In this document: piece by piece, positions 25,248 through 35,927 of the stretch
Numbering within the stretch: the stretch's first letter is position 1
How the letters are laid out: every line of letters starts with the position of its first letter
Origin: Rhynchopus sp. YZ270_cl-10
Lineage: Eukaryota
Length of the DNA: 64,000 bases
Reading direction: 5' to 3'
Assembly: GCA_964035575.1 (NCBI GenBank)
Contig: OZ037834.1
Span: 2,170,001 to 2,234,000, forward strand
Made by a program: the position numbers and the translations under genes
The notes under the pieces: model-generated
What the model saw: the letters and a program-made list of their open reading frames with translations, nothing else
Database searches by the model: none
What the model was told of the DNA's origin: nothing

Positions 25248-25804
25248 CTGTTTATACTGTTTATACTGTGTATACTGTGTATACTGTGTATACTGTGTAT
25301 ACTGTGTATACTGTGTATACTGTGTATACTGTGTATACTGTGTATACTGTGTATACTGTGTATACTGTGTATACTGTGTATACTGTGTATACTGTGTATA
25401 CTGTGTATACTGTGTATACTGTGTATACTGTGTATACTGTGTATACTGTGTATACTGTGTATACTGTGTATACTGTGTATACTGTGTATACTGTGTATAC
25501 TGTGTATACTGTGTATACTGTGTATACTGTGTATACTGTGTATACTGTGTATACTGTGTATACTGTGTATACTGTGTATACTGTGTGTACTGTGTATACT
25601 GTGTATACTGTGTATACTGTGTATACTGTGTATACTGTGTATACTGTGTATACTGTGTATACTGTGTATACTGTGTATACTGTGTATACTGTGTATACTG
25701 TGTATACTGTGTATACTGTGTATACTGTGTATACTGTGTATACTGTGTATACTGTGTATACTGTGTATACTGTGTATACTGTGTATACTGTGTATACTGT
25801 GTAT
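25248..25804. repeat. (CTGTGTATA)n 9-bp satellite, about 62 copies
   Basis: Direct reading. The first two units are CTGTTTATA, and there is one CTGTGTGTA variant near 25581. Confidence 0.98.
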
Positions 25805-26217
25805 GCTACCTGTGTGTGACCGTACCCCAGATGGTCTGAAGAGTGATCTGACCATATTCTCCAGGTACAATATATACCCGGAGAATCCATTGGAGCAAGA
25901 ATTTTGCACTTTTGAGCACCACAGATTACATGTTGCCATTTTTGCGGTCATAATATTTTTGCAAATGGCAAAGGCAATCCTTAAGGAATTACAGGGAAAA
26001 CCACCGTTTTGGGTCTCTCTGTCTATGGGCGATTGGGTTTTAGTCACTCAACGAATCTGCTCGAATTTTTTTGTGTGTAGATAGGTTTTACCAGAAAAAT
26101 CAATTAAAGCAAGAATTTTACGGTTTTGAATAGTTGTTCTTTATTTAAAAAAATACCCAGTTTGGACAAAAACTCAGGACCAAGTGTTATTAGTATTCGT
26201 CATTTTTGGGGATGGGT

Positions 26218-26330
26218 GAGATGCAAACCACGAAAATGGATGTAGGAACTGCATGGTTGGGTGTCCACCCCGGTACAGCCGGTCAATGTACCAAGGTACA
26301 CTGTTCACGAGAGGGCTTTGTATTTCAAGT
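26218..26330 (+). repeat. Dispersed short repeat family A (fullest copy), 3' end CACTGTTCACGAGAGGGCTTTGTATTTCAAGT
   Basis: Related copies at about 380-469, 11808-11852 (5' part only), 16815-16892, 38262-38332 and 46351-46385, all on +. Confidence 0.8.
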
Positions 26331-27061
26331 TAACTTCTTTCCCAGAGAGGGGGGCTCGGTCTCTCGGATGAGGGCACCCTTATGTTCCTGGGGGAGAGGT
26401 ATGGGTTTGTTTTGTTTTTGTCGTGCGTTATCAATATTCTAGTCTGGCTTGAACTGAAATACGCGGTGGCACTGACCGCTGTCAGTTCCTGTGGAGACCA
26501 CTTAGGCTTCTCTCTTTTCTGTAATAAGAGGAGGTCTTCACCTTCGACTTCTACTGCGACTGTTAAAAACAAAGCGTCCCCACCTCTCAGTCCACACGCC
26601 TTTACAAAACTACGGAACACCTAACATTCTCCAAACCACCACTTCTCCGTCATCCTTCAAACTTACACCGAAGGGCACCCTCTCATGTACGAGCCATCTC
26701 CCCCCCTTTTCGTTTGTTTTTTGATGCTTTACTCAAATCACAAATACTATTTTCACCACTCTCTTTCGCACATTTTGCACCGAAGGGCACCCTCTCATGT
26801 ACGAGTCATCTCTGTACAGGGCTATTTGATTTTACGAGCAAAGACAGTCCTTCAAACTTCAGAACACTGTGCGTGTCCGTCCCCAGCAGACGGATGTGGT
26901 GTTCCAGAGGTACCGACATAAGCTGTGAACTGTAAGGTGCCTGTATCGCCGGTCCCTCTAAAGGGAGCAACTCCTTTGGCAATGGTGTTTTGCAGGCACG
27001 TAAACCCCTCCCTTCACCACACCACTAACAGAGCTTCCCTCAGAGGCATATACATAAAACA

Positions 27062-30000
27062 ATGTCGCGTGCATGTGTGGCGGTGCTGCTCTGCGTGAGC
27101 GTGGACGTAACCACTGCCTTGCTGCAAGCGACATCCACACTGTCGACCACAGATGCGCCACCAACGCTGGTACCGGGTATGACGTACGTCTGCCAGGAGC
27201 ACACTGACCTGAACGATACTGTCGGGAAGGTGAGCTTCGTGAACAACATGGAAAGCGACGTCGCGTGTTGGTACATTGCGTGCGACAAGGATGTTTTTGT
27301 TACGTTCTCAACACTCGCATTAGACACCGCCATCTTGTATCTGTACAGCTCCAGCAATGGCGTGGACTACACCCTTCGGAAACGTTTCACCTCCTCAGAG
27401 CCTCTCCCCGATGACCTTGCGCTGAGCGGCTCTGTCTATGTTCAGTTCCAAGCCTTGTCCCCTGCAACGATGTCAACAGTTGATCTTGATTACGTTTGTA
27501 TGAATCCAACTCCACAACCTACGCTGGTACCGGGTATGACGTACGTCTGCCAGGAGCACACTGACCTGAACGACACTTCCGGGAAGGTGAGCTTCGTGAA
27601 CAACATGGAAAGCGACGTCGCGTGTTGGCACATTGCGTGCGACAAGGATGTTTTTGTTACGTTCTCAACACTCGCATTAGACACCGCCGTCTTGTATCTG
27701 TACAACTCAACGAATAGCGTGGACTACACCCTTCGGAAACGTTTCACCTCCTCAGAGCCTCTCCCCGATGACCTTGCGCTGAGCGGCTCTGTCTATGTTC
27801 AGTTCCAAGCCTTGTCCCCTGCAACGATGTCAGCAGTTGATCTTGATTATGTTTGTATGAATCCAACTCCACAACCTGCGACACCAACACTGGTGCCAGG
27901 TTTGGAGTACATCTGTAAGGAGTACATTGAACTGAACAACACTGCTGGGCAGCTGACCTATGCCACGAGTGAGAAGGTGCACGACTGCAGGTGCTGGCAC
28001 ATTGAGTGTGACAAGTCTGTTGTGGTCACGTTCACAAATGCGACGTTTTATTACTCTAGCATGGCGCTGTACAACTCTACGAATGGCGTCGACTACACCT
28101 GGGCGAAAAGCACGAACCAGCTCCCCACTTCTATGATTATATTGACCGGTTCTGCCATTTTGCAGTTCAAGTCTGACGGTTTTCAGCAGTCAGAATTTTC
28201 TTTGAGTTACGTGTGTATGGAGCCACCCCCACTGCCGACCACTGATGCGCCACCAACACTTGTCCCAACACTCGTCCCGGGGATGATTCGTATCTGCCAG
28301 GAGCACACTGACCTGAATGACCCTGCTGGTAAGCTGACTTATGCGAGCGCCCCGACACTCTCCACAGCGTGCTGGTACATCGTATGTGACAAGGAGGTTG
28401 TCGTCACGATCCTGTCCCTTGCATTGGACAACGTCGCCTCCTTCAGGCTGTACAGCTCCACCAATGGTGTGGACTACTATGTCCGGGAGTCGTTCACCTA
28501 TCAGCAGAATGGCATGCACCCCCCTCCTATTGTGCTGAACGGTTCGGTCTATGTGCAGCTCATAGAAGAGAGTAGCAATGCGAAGGTCTCATCATTTGAA
28601 CTCGACTATGCGTGTGTGGGTGCAACTCCACAGCCAACCACAGAAGCGCCACCAACTCGTGCACCAGGTGTGAGTCGCATTTGTCAAGACCACACAGACC
28701 TGAACAACACTGCTGGGAACGTGACTTATGCGAACAACACGGGTACCGTTGAGTGTTGGCACATTGCATGCGACAAGGATGTTGTGATCACGTTTGCATC
28801 CTTACAATTAGACCACCCTGTCACCTTGGACGTGTACAGCTCCAGCAATGGTGTGGACTACACTCTCAGGAGAGATTTCGGCTCCCTTAATCCACTCCCC
28901 GAATCAAACTTACTGCTGAACGGTTCAGTCTATTTGCAGCTCACAGGATCCAGTGGCTTTGTGGGAGAATTTGATCTCGATTACGTGTGTATGGACGCGA
29001 CACCAGCACCAACCACTGATGCGCCACCAACACTGGTGCCAGGTTTGGAATACATCTGTAAGGAGTACATTGAACTGAACAACACTGCTGGGAACGTGAC
29101 TTACGCGAACAACGCCTCCGTTGAATGCTGGCACATTGAGTGCGACGAGGATGTTGTGATCACGTTCGGATCCTTCAGACTGCAACAACACTCCGATCTG
29201 TACCTCTACAACACGAGCGATGGTGTGGACTACAGTTTGTACACAACTTTTTTTGATGGTTTACCTGAAGATCCTATTGTGTTGCACGGATCTGCTTTGT
29301 TGCAGTTATCAAACCCGTATGGACGTATCTCATCATTTGAACTCGACTACGCGTGTATGAGTGTAACACCGCAGCCAACCACAGAAGCGCCACCAACACT
29401 TGCACCAGGTGCGTCGTACATGTGTCAAGAGCACACTGACCTGAACGAAACTGCTGGGCACGTGGACTTTGTGAACAACATGTCCATCGTGACGTGCTGG
29501 TACATTGAGTGCGACAAGTCTGTCATGATCACGTTCACGACTCTTTCATTCGAAAACCTAGCGTTCTTGGAGCTCTTCAGCTCAGAGTCTGGGAACGGCA
29601 CACACTACACCCTTGAGAGGATTATCTCGCATCCGGACAACACAGGTGTTGGTTTTGTGCTGAACGGTTCGGCCTTGGTGCAGTTCGTACAGAAGAATGA
29701 TGTTTTTAGTGAGAACGATGATTCGAAGGTTGGGTTCAACTATGTGTGCATGGGTGCAACTCCACAGCCGGACACAGATGCGCCACCAACACTCGCACCA
29801 GGTGTGGAGTACCTCTGTCACGACCACACAGACCTGAACGACACTTCCGGGAAGGTGAGCTATGCGAGCGATGAAGCAAACACCACAGCGTGCTGGCACA
29901 TTGAGTGTGACAAGTCTGTTGCGATCACCTTCTCGGACATGCAGGTCTTCGCACAGTCGTTCTTGTACCTGTACAGCTCAGGGAGCACCTCAGGGAGTGC

Positions 30001-30394
30001 CACACACTACACCCTGGAGAAGGTGCTGTTCTCCTCCACTGCTGCGGGTGATCAACTGATGCTGGATGGTTCGGCCTTGGTGCAGTTCAGAAGCGGCACT
30101 CATGTGGGAAGGTCAGCATTTGATTTCGAGTACGTGTGTCAGAGTGCAGACGGCAGTGGGCGCCCCACGTGGCCGTATGTTGTTTTCCCTGTGGTGGGTG
30201 TGCTCTCCGTTGCTCTTGGCGTGGTCGCACTGCTGAAGTCAGGTGTCTTCAAGGCAAAGCTGTCGAAGTATTCTCTTCAGGACGGCGTCAACAACGATGA
30301 GTGGGCCTCACTGTGTATCTCTGAAAGAAAAGTTAGTTTGAAATTACAAAAAACCTCTAACAGTGTACCTGGTGCAATGACCAAGAGTGCATAG
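27062..30394 (+). CDS. Paralogous type I membrane protein with 8 CUB-like domains and an altered C-terminal tail
   Basis: Leader, first unit, last two units and TM are nearly identical to 17560-22311. Homology begins upstream (26694 vs 17190) and breaks at 30313. Confidence 0.85.
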   Translation: MSRACVAVLLCVSVDVTTALLQATSTLSTTDAPPTLVPGMTYVCQEHTDLNDTVGKVSFVNNMESDVACWYIACDKDVFVTFSTLALDTAILYLYSSSNGVDYTLRKRFTSSEPLPDDLALSGSVYVQFQALSPATMSTVDLDYVCMNPTPQPTLVPGMTYVCQEHTDLNDTSGKVSFVNNMESDVACWHIACDKDVFVTFSTLALDTAVLYLYNSTNSVDYTLRKRFTSSEPLPDDLALSGSVYVQFQALSPATMSAVDLDYVCMNPTPQPATPTLVPGLEYICKEYIELNNTAGQLTYATSEKVHDCRCWHIECDKSVVVTFTNATFYYSSMALYNSTNGVDYTWAKSTNQLPTSMIILTGSAILQFKSDGFQQSEFSLSYVCMEPPPLPTTDAPPTLVPTLVPGMIRICQEHTDLNDPAGKLTYASAPTLSTACWYIVCDKEVVVTILSLALDNVASFRLYSSTNGVDYYVRESFTYQQNGMHPPPIVLNGSVYVQLIEESSNAKVSSFELDYACVGATPQPTTEAPPTRAPGVSRICQDHTDLNNTAGNVTYANNTGTVECWHIACDKDVVITFASLQLDHPVTLDVYSSSNGVDYTLRRDFGSLNPLPESNLLLNGSVYLQLTGSSGFVGEFDLDYVCMDATPAPTTDAPPTLVPGLEYICKEYIELNNTAGNVTYANNASVECWHIECDEDVVITFGSFRLQQHSDLYLYNTSDGVDYSLYTTFFDGLPEDPIVLHGSALLQLSNPYGRISSFELDYACMSVTPQPTTEAPPTLAPGASYMCQEHTDLNETAGHVDFVNNMSIVTCWYIECDKSVMITFTTLSFENLAFLELFSSESGNGTHYTLERIISHPDNTGVGFVLNGSALVQFVQKNDVFSENDDSKVGFNYVCMGATPQPDTDAPPTLAPGVEYLCHDHTDLNDTSGKVSYASDEANTTACWHIECDKSVAITFSDMQVFAQSFLYLYSSGSTSGSATHYTLEKVLFSSTAAGDQLMLDGSALVQFRSGTHVGRSAFDFEYVCQSADGSGRPTWPYVVFPVVGVLSVALGVVALLKSGVFKAKLSKYSLQDGVNNDEWASLCISERKVSLKLQKTSNSVPGAMTKSA

Positions 30395-31991
30395 AAGAGG
30401 GGAATGCAGGGGTAGAATGTTTTTTCACTGCTTGATTTTTTCTTCAGGAATTTGTTAGGGGAGTGAAATTAAAGTGCCCCGACGTGGAACAAATAGTTAT
30501 TTTTTTCCTCCACCCGATTTTGACTTTTTTGGGACGTTTGAGCACTCACCTCTCCATATCTTCTTCTTCTGAGATTTTTTGACAAGTAGAACGGGTCTGA
30601 ACCACTCAACAGAACTTTTTTTTCTCTTTTTTTTCTCTTTTTTTTCCCGTTTTCAAAAAGTTCTGTTGATCATCAACAGAACTTTGCTAGGTGGCGGCCC
30701 CCCTGTTCTTTGTTCCCTCCCATCCCTCCCAACCCGTGTTTATGTTTCTCAATATCTCTCAATATCTCTCAATGCTTTAAACCCTTGCTCCTACTGAGTT
30801 TGCTGCCGCAGGGTTTTGTCGAGGTGGTCTAGGAGCAGGCAGCTCGAAACCACGGAAACGAAAGTCAGCCCAGAATCTGTATTTATAATATTATGGCTAA
30901 TGCTACATTTAATACCAGGAGAGGTAGAATGTACTGGCTGTATCCTTGTCCTTTTTTTTGTACTGCCAGCCCAGATAATCTGTACCAACGAGGACAATGC
31001 TATTTTTAAGAGGTAAATTTTACTGGCTGTAATCTCACGGATTTTTATTAATGGGTACCATGGGTATTAATGGGTATCATAAGAAAAGTCGTTTTCTTGC
31101 GTGAGTCACTCATCAGAAAACGACTATTCTTAGGTGAAAACATGGTTTTGTCATCATTTTCCAACTTTGAGGAACTTTTTGTACAGAATCCCATGTGCTG
31201 CCACACAATGTCCACCAAAAGGTGCCCTGTATGTGTACCTGTTTATCGATGCTTCACGCAATGGTACGTGGGCGCCGTTTTTGTTTCGCCAGATACAAGA
31301 TAGCATGTCTTTAAAGTCTTATGTTTCTTTTACCGTGTTTCAAACAATATGGACCAGAATAATTAAGGACCCTTTAGAATTTTTTTTTAATGGACCAATT
31401 TTTCTGGTACATATTTTTTCCAAACACGGTACTTATTCCTCTAAACCCCCTCCCCTGCTCTTTGCTTTAGAAATCCTGTCATATATGTATGTGTATGAAC
31501 AGGGTCGATAAAGTTTTCTTGATATTCAAGAAGAAGTGAAACAAACGTATTGCGCACTGACCTTCGCCCATGAGAGGGTGAAAGTGATTTGTCAGATACA
31601 ATACATACTGATTTCAAACACCCTCCATTCACCACCTCGCAAGGGAGGTATCCAACCAAATTTGTTGTTGTTGTTGACGTTCGTTGCTTTTGTTTTGCTT
31701 TGCCTTTTTTTTTTCCCGTTGTTTTGTAAATCAAGGAAATAGAAACGACGGACGGTGCGTGCGTGCCCGCCAGCTTGTGTTTCCTCACTCACTGTTTCTC
31801 TCAAACACAACATCGAGGAAAAAAAAAAATGCATCAAGCTTGCGATGCGATAAACGAAAAAGTTGTTTTTCATTGTTTTCTTGGTGTGGCCCGAAACCCG
31901 GTTTTTGGGGTACATTAGAAGTACATTTGTTTTTGACTTTTGTTTTAGGGGTGATTACTGAGGGGGAGGCCGAATAAACGAGATGAAACAA

Positions 31992-32195
31992 TTCTTTGAT
32001 AATTTGATTGTATTAGTGACCCCACAGCTGCTCACTTCACACATTGCTGAAAAGCGTAGCTCTGGAGGGGTAATAACCACATGCCTGCATAATACCAGCC
32101 CAATCGCAAAGACGTCTGATGCAGTGTTCATCACTTGCACTGACACAAATCTTGGATTCGGTGATGTTGTGCATTCAGGCATTCAGGGTTATCAC
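31992..32195 (+). repeat. 204-bp direct repeat of 22562-22765 (distal part of the CUB-gene segmental duplication)
   Basis: Same length, few substitutions, and lies downstream of each CUB gene. Confidence 0.9.
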
Positions 32196-32386
32196 ATTGA
32201 AAAGAAGATCTTAATCATTTTATTAGTGTTCCTCATTTAATAAGGATTGAACCTCGTTCTTCTTTAGTAGGTCTTCACCTTCGACTTCTACTTCGACTGT
32301 TTAAAAACAAAGCGCCCCCCACCTAGCTTTCCCTCCCTTTAATGGGGTGATCAGGGGTAGTATTCTGCCACAAAATTCGATTACAT

Positions 32387-32521
32387 CTATTGGTGTGATC
32401 ACCCAAACGGATTCTCCGTGGTTCCCCCGAAGGTGCTCCGCAAATCTTAAAATAGCCCGAAAACAGTTCTCCGTGGTTCTCCCCGGAAGCGTGGGTTGTT
32501 CCGTACCCCATGAATCACACC
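32387..32521. mobile_element. About 130-bp MITE-like repeat with GGTGTGAT...ATCACACC ends; inverted second copy at 38088-38217
   Basis: The two copies are near reverse complements. Internal duplicated TTCTCCGTGGTTC. No clear TSD. Confidence 0.7.
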
Positions 32522-32672
32522 GTGATTTTGTAATCCTATTACCACCCCCTTTTTTTCCTCTTTTATTTTTCACCCCCACTCACTTTCAGACAAAAACCTT
32601 TTTACCTTTTTTTTTTAACCTCTTCTCTATCACACTACCCCTACTCCACCCACCTTCACCACCTCACCTACC

Positions 32673-33314
32673 ATGGGAGAGGCCATCGATGACGAAGCCT
32701 CAGCTGCACTGAAGATCCAATCCCTCCAACGTGGTCGCAACGCACGCAAAGAGGTGGACCACAAGAAGGAGGAGGCACAAGCCGCAAAGAAGATACAGTC
32801 GATGCAACGCGGGAAGATGGCACGCCAAGAGGTACAAGCAAAGCGCGGAGGCGAAGGCAACGTCTTCGTCCGCCCCTTTGAGGAGGAGACCGACGAGCAA
32901 GCCGTTGTTCTGGTAAATCGCAAGATCCTCCTCCGCAAATTTGCCTGCTTCGAAGAGCTCCTGAAGGAGCTGCAGGCGTGCCTCCCCCTCAAGACAGTCG
33001 ACAGCACACAGATCTATTACTCCACCACAGAACACCCGCAGAACTTCTCCAGCCGTATCACCGCCGCGAAGATGGAAGAGTACCGTGCCTGCACAGAGCT
33101 GGAGCTCACCGCAGCGCGTGTGCACGTCGAACACAAGAAGCTTCTCAAGGAAGCGGTCTCCCCCCTCAACGAAGAAGGCATCCAAAAGCCGAAGTCGCAG
33201 CTCGCAGCCGAAGAGAAGGCGCGTGAGAAACGTCTGAAGCAAGGGGCGGCAGCGATAGAGATGGTATGGGAAGGGATGTGGGGGGTTTTGTTTGACTGCT
33301 TGATTGCAATGTGA
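32673..33314 (+). CDS. IQ-motif (calmodulin-binding) protein; 3' end uncertain
   Basis: Two IQ motifs (KIQSLQRGRNAR, KIQSMQRGKMAR). A GTATGG donor at 33264 suggests the gene splices to a further exon rather than stopping at 33314. Confidence 0.7.
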   Translation: MGEAIDDEASAALKIQSLQRGRNARKEVDHKKEEAQAAKKIQSMQRGKMARQEVQAKRGGEGNVFVRPFEEETDEQAVVLVNRKILLRKFACFEELLKELQACLPLKTVDSTQIYYSTTEHPQNFSSRITAAKMEEYRACTELELTAARVHVEHKKLLKEAVSPLNEEGIQKPKSQLAAEEKAREKRLKQGAAAIEMVWEGMWGVLFDCLIAM

Positions 33315-33989
33315 GGATGTAAAAAATGTGTGGGTATACCGTAGTGTGGACAAATTGTATGCAAGGATTTTTTTGTGTGCGAGTCTTAGGATTCATCGCC
33401 TGCTCAGTGCCCTTTTTTTTTGGTGATTTTTGTTTCCGTTTTTGTGCAAAAATTGATTCGTCTTTGCATCCAATTTGCATTCAATGCTAGAGGCATCTAA
33501 GAGGCAATAAGGATGACAAAGAAATGTTCAATTTCCTTCAACACCTCTACACACTTTTTCTCTTTTTTTTATCAGAGCGCATACCACCACAAAGCAGCAA
33601 AGGCAAAACTAGTGAATTTCTTACACATTCACGGACTTAAGGTAGTATTTATCAGTGCCGAAAAGCCGTAACTCTGTGCAGAAGGGCGGCGCATATACCA
33701 GGATGTGCAAGGACCATGCAAGGAGGACAGTAACGGGGCTTCCGTCCCGTTTCTATGCCCCACTTCTTTTCCCATGGGGTGCTTAATAGCCCCTGTTTTG
33801 TAAACCTTTTTTACACGTCTCAGAAAAAGAACTGCGAAAAAGCTTCACCCACTCCATCCCCTCGTTCTCGTTTTATCCTTGGTACCGATCGGTGATAAGC
33901 AGCTTCGCTTCATCGAACGAAAACACTGTCTTTTTTAGCTTGAAGCGGGCTTCACCCCGTTATGTGTAATGAGGAAGGTGCTCGAAGTG

Positions 33990-34480
33990 TTGTTCAGAAA
34001 AAAACAGCCAAGGGATGTCTTCCGTAGAGCCTACTGGTGCTGCATGAATAGCGGCTTGCAACATACTCACCTACACGTTCTGAACCGAACAACCCTGCCA
34101 TGGAGTGTGCCAGTGAATTCTCGCGTATTGGCAGATGCAACGAATTGCTCATTTCCTCGCTCCCCGTTTCGTTCCCGCATAAGTTACAGGTCGTCACGAT
34201 GCACGTGCGGAAGTTGATCTTATCAAGTGCTTTGCCGCGTTCCCTTCGTGTCTTTGCCGCACCGGTTGTCATCCTCGAAGGTCGATAAACATTTGCGCAA
34301 GAACTGTGCAGCATCTTCATGACTCAGACGAGGGAACATCGGCGTACCGTTTGAGTGCAGCTGTGACCAGACGGAGTCGATGAATACGGTCAGATGCGGG
34401 TCCTTGAAGCCTTCAATGTTGAAGTTGTGCAAAGCACAGAACCAGCAGGTACAAACTACTGGTGCAAGACACTGGCTGCC
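33990..34480 (-). pseudogene. Frameshifted fragment of a ubiquitin-specific protease (peptidase C19)-like sequence
   Basis: CTCWFCALH...F-x4-HEDAAQFL (QEDAxEFL box), then in another frame CNLCG...E...LHLPI...SL...F-x2-E-x-VG...YSC. Confidence 0.55.
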
Positions 34481-34811
34481 TGAAAAAATACCAGAAATTA
34501 AGTTTCTGCTTCAATTTTTCAAATAAACCCATCACAGTGTGACACATACCCCATTTACGCTACGTTTTGTAGCCCTGACCAGCTGCAAAACAGCATCTTA
34601 CCTAACCTTTTACCCACAAACCCACACCATACACCAGGGGTTTTTTTTTCTTTTTCTCACACATCTGGGGTGGGGTTTGTCTCCCCCTCTACACATTTCC
34701 CCCTCCCACCCATACACCCCACACACCTACACATACCTCCCATTCTCTTGCTCTGCTCTTCTCTGCACGATTCCTTTTTTCAAGAGCAAGGAGGTCCGGG
34801 GTGCTGCGGCC

Positions 34812-35927
34812 ATGGGAGGGGGCACGGCTCCCGACGGGGGTGGCGGACGACGGATGGAAGGGAGTGGGGAATTTGCTGGGGCGATCCGCGAGGCGACTAC
34901 TGGACCGAACATACCGGATGAAGTGCCTGAACTGAGCGTTGCACTGAAGTACGTAGAACGGGCCAACACCATAGCGAACGACCTCAGCAAACACGCGGTG
35001 TTCAGAGCTGTCGGGCGGAGCAACAGAGTGTACGTCCGAGCCGAGCTTCTCGAGGCTTCGCCAAAAAACTGGACCTGGGAAGTGTTCGCTGGGGTATTAC
35101 GAAGCATGGAGGTCATGTGGAAGGAATGGATGCTCCACAGAAAGCGAGGCACCGTATACGAACCGCCGCCACGCCATGAGAACGTATTTCACCATCCGCA
35201 CAGGGATCTCTTCGGGATTGTTGAATTTACGTTGTGCGAGGTGCTTGACAAAACGGTGCTCCGCATTACGGACCTTACCTTCAACGTTCTTGGGTACGTT
35301 CAGGTGCAGGCCACTATATTAAACGATGAAGAGCAAACAGTGAAGCTAGAGGTTCTGGAAACGTCGGAATCTGTCCCGGCGCGGACCTGGGGGCATATCA
35401 AGGCTGCAGATGCGGTTCAGGTGGGGGATTACCAGCATGTCTTCATCAATTCGACGCCGCCTGATTTAGATGGCAATGCAGGGGAAGAGGCGATTACGTA
35501 CCTGGAAGGCTTTTCCGAGAACTCTGCAGTGTATCTAGAGTTGTGGACGTTGCATTCTCAGAAGGCCGCGTCGTCGGGGAAGGTCAGTGGTGGGTCAAAG
35601 ATGAACCCGCTTTGTGCAGATCCGAGCTCGCGTGCAGGGTACAGTTCTGGAAAGAAAGAAAGTTCACGAAGCAAGAAGAAGGACGACCCAGACTCGCGCC
35701 TCCGATGCGTCGTGTGCTCCCGGTCAGGGCGCAAAGGTGAGGTGCGTAAATCCGGTTTCAAATGCACAGAGTGCATCGGCATCCCCTCCTCGACAGTGCA
35801 CAAACAGTCCAAGCCGGTGTCGCATCAGTGTGTCCGCCCGATTTCCCTCTTTGTCGTTGGCGATCCTGACATAGCCCGCCAGCTGCTGGTCCCGACGCTT
35901 CCGGGGAGTGGTACGTCGACGGGGTGA
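34812..35927 (+). CDS. Hypothetical protein with a kinesin-3-stalk-like region and a C-terminal C4 zinc finger
   Basis: VERANTIANDL-x-K...F...VYVR...W...F...M pattern, and CVVC-x15-CTEC. No motor motifs. Confidence 0.6.
   Translation: MGGGTAPDGGGGRRMEGSGEFAGAIREATTGPNIPDEVPELSVALKYVERANTIANDLSKHAVFRAVGRSNRVYVRAELLEASPKNWTWEVFAGVLRSMEVMWKEWMLHRKRGTVYEPPPRHENVFHHPHRDLFGIVEFTLCEVLDKTVLRITDLTFNVLGYVQVQATILNDEEQTVKLEVLETSESVPARTWGHIKAADAVQVGDYQHVFINSTPPDLDGNAGEEAITYLEGFSENSAVYLELWTLHSQKAASSGKVSGGSKMNPLCADPSSRAGYSSGKKESSRSKKKDDPDSRLRCVVCSRSGRKGEVRKSGFKCTECIGIPSSTVHKQSKPVSHQCVRPISLFVVGDPDIARQLLVPTLPGSGTSTG

Noticed and set aside
25118..26084. Long ORFs of HSI/LCI/YTV repeats
   Set aside because: Artefacts of stop-free 5-mer and 9-mer satellites.
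33576..33641. Candidate next exon of the IQ gene (ATCAG|SAYHHKAAKAKLVNFLHIHGLK|GTAGT)
   Set aside because: Phase-compatible, but the donor is atypical for this genome and there is no homology or transcript support.
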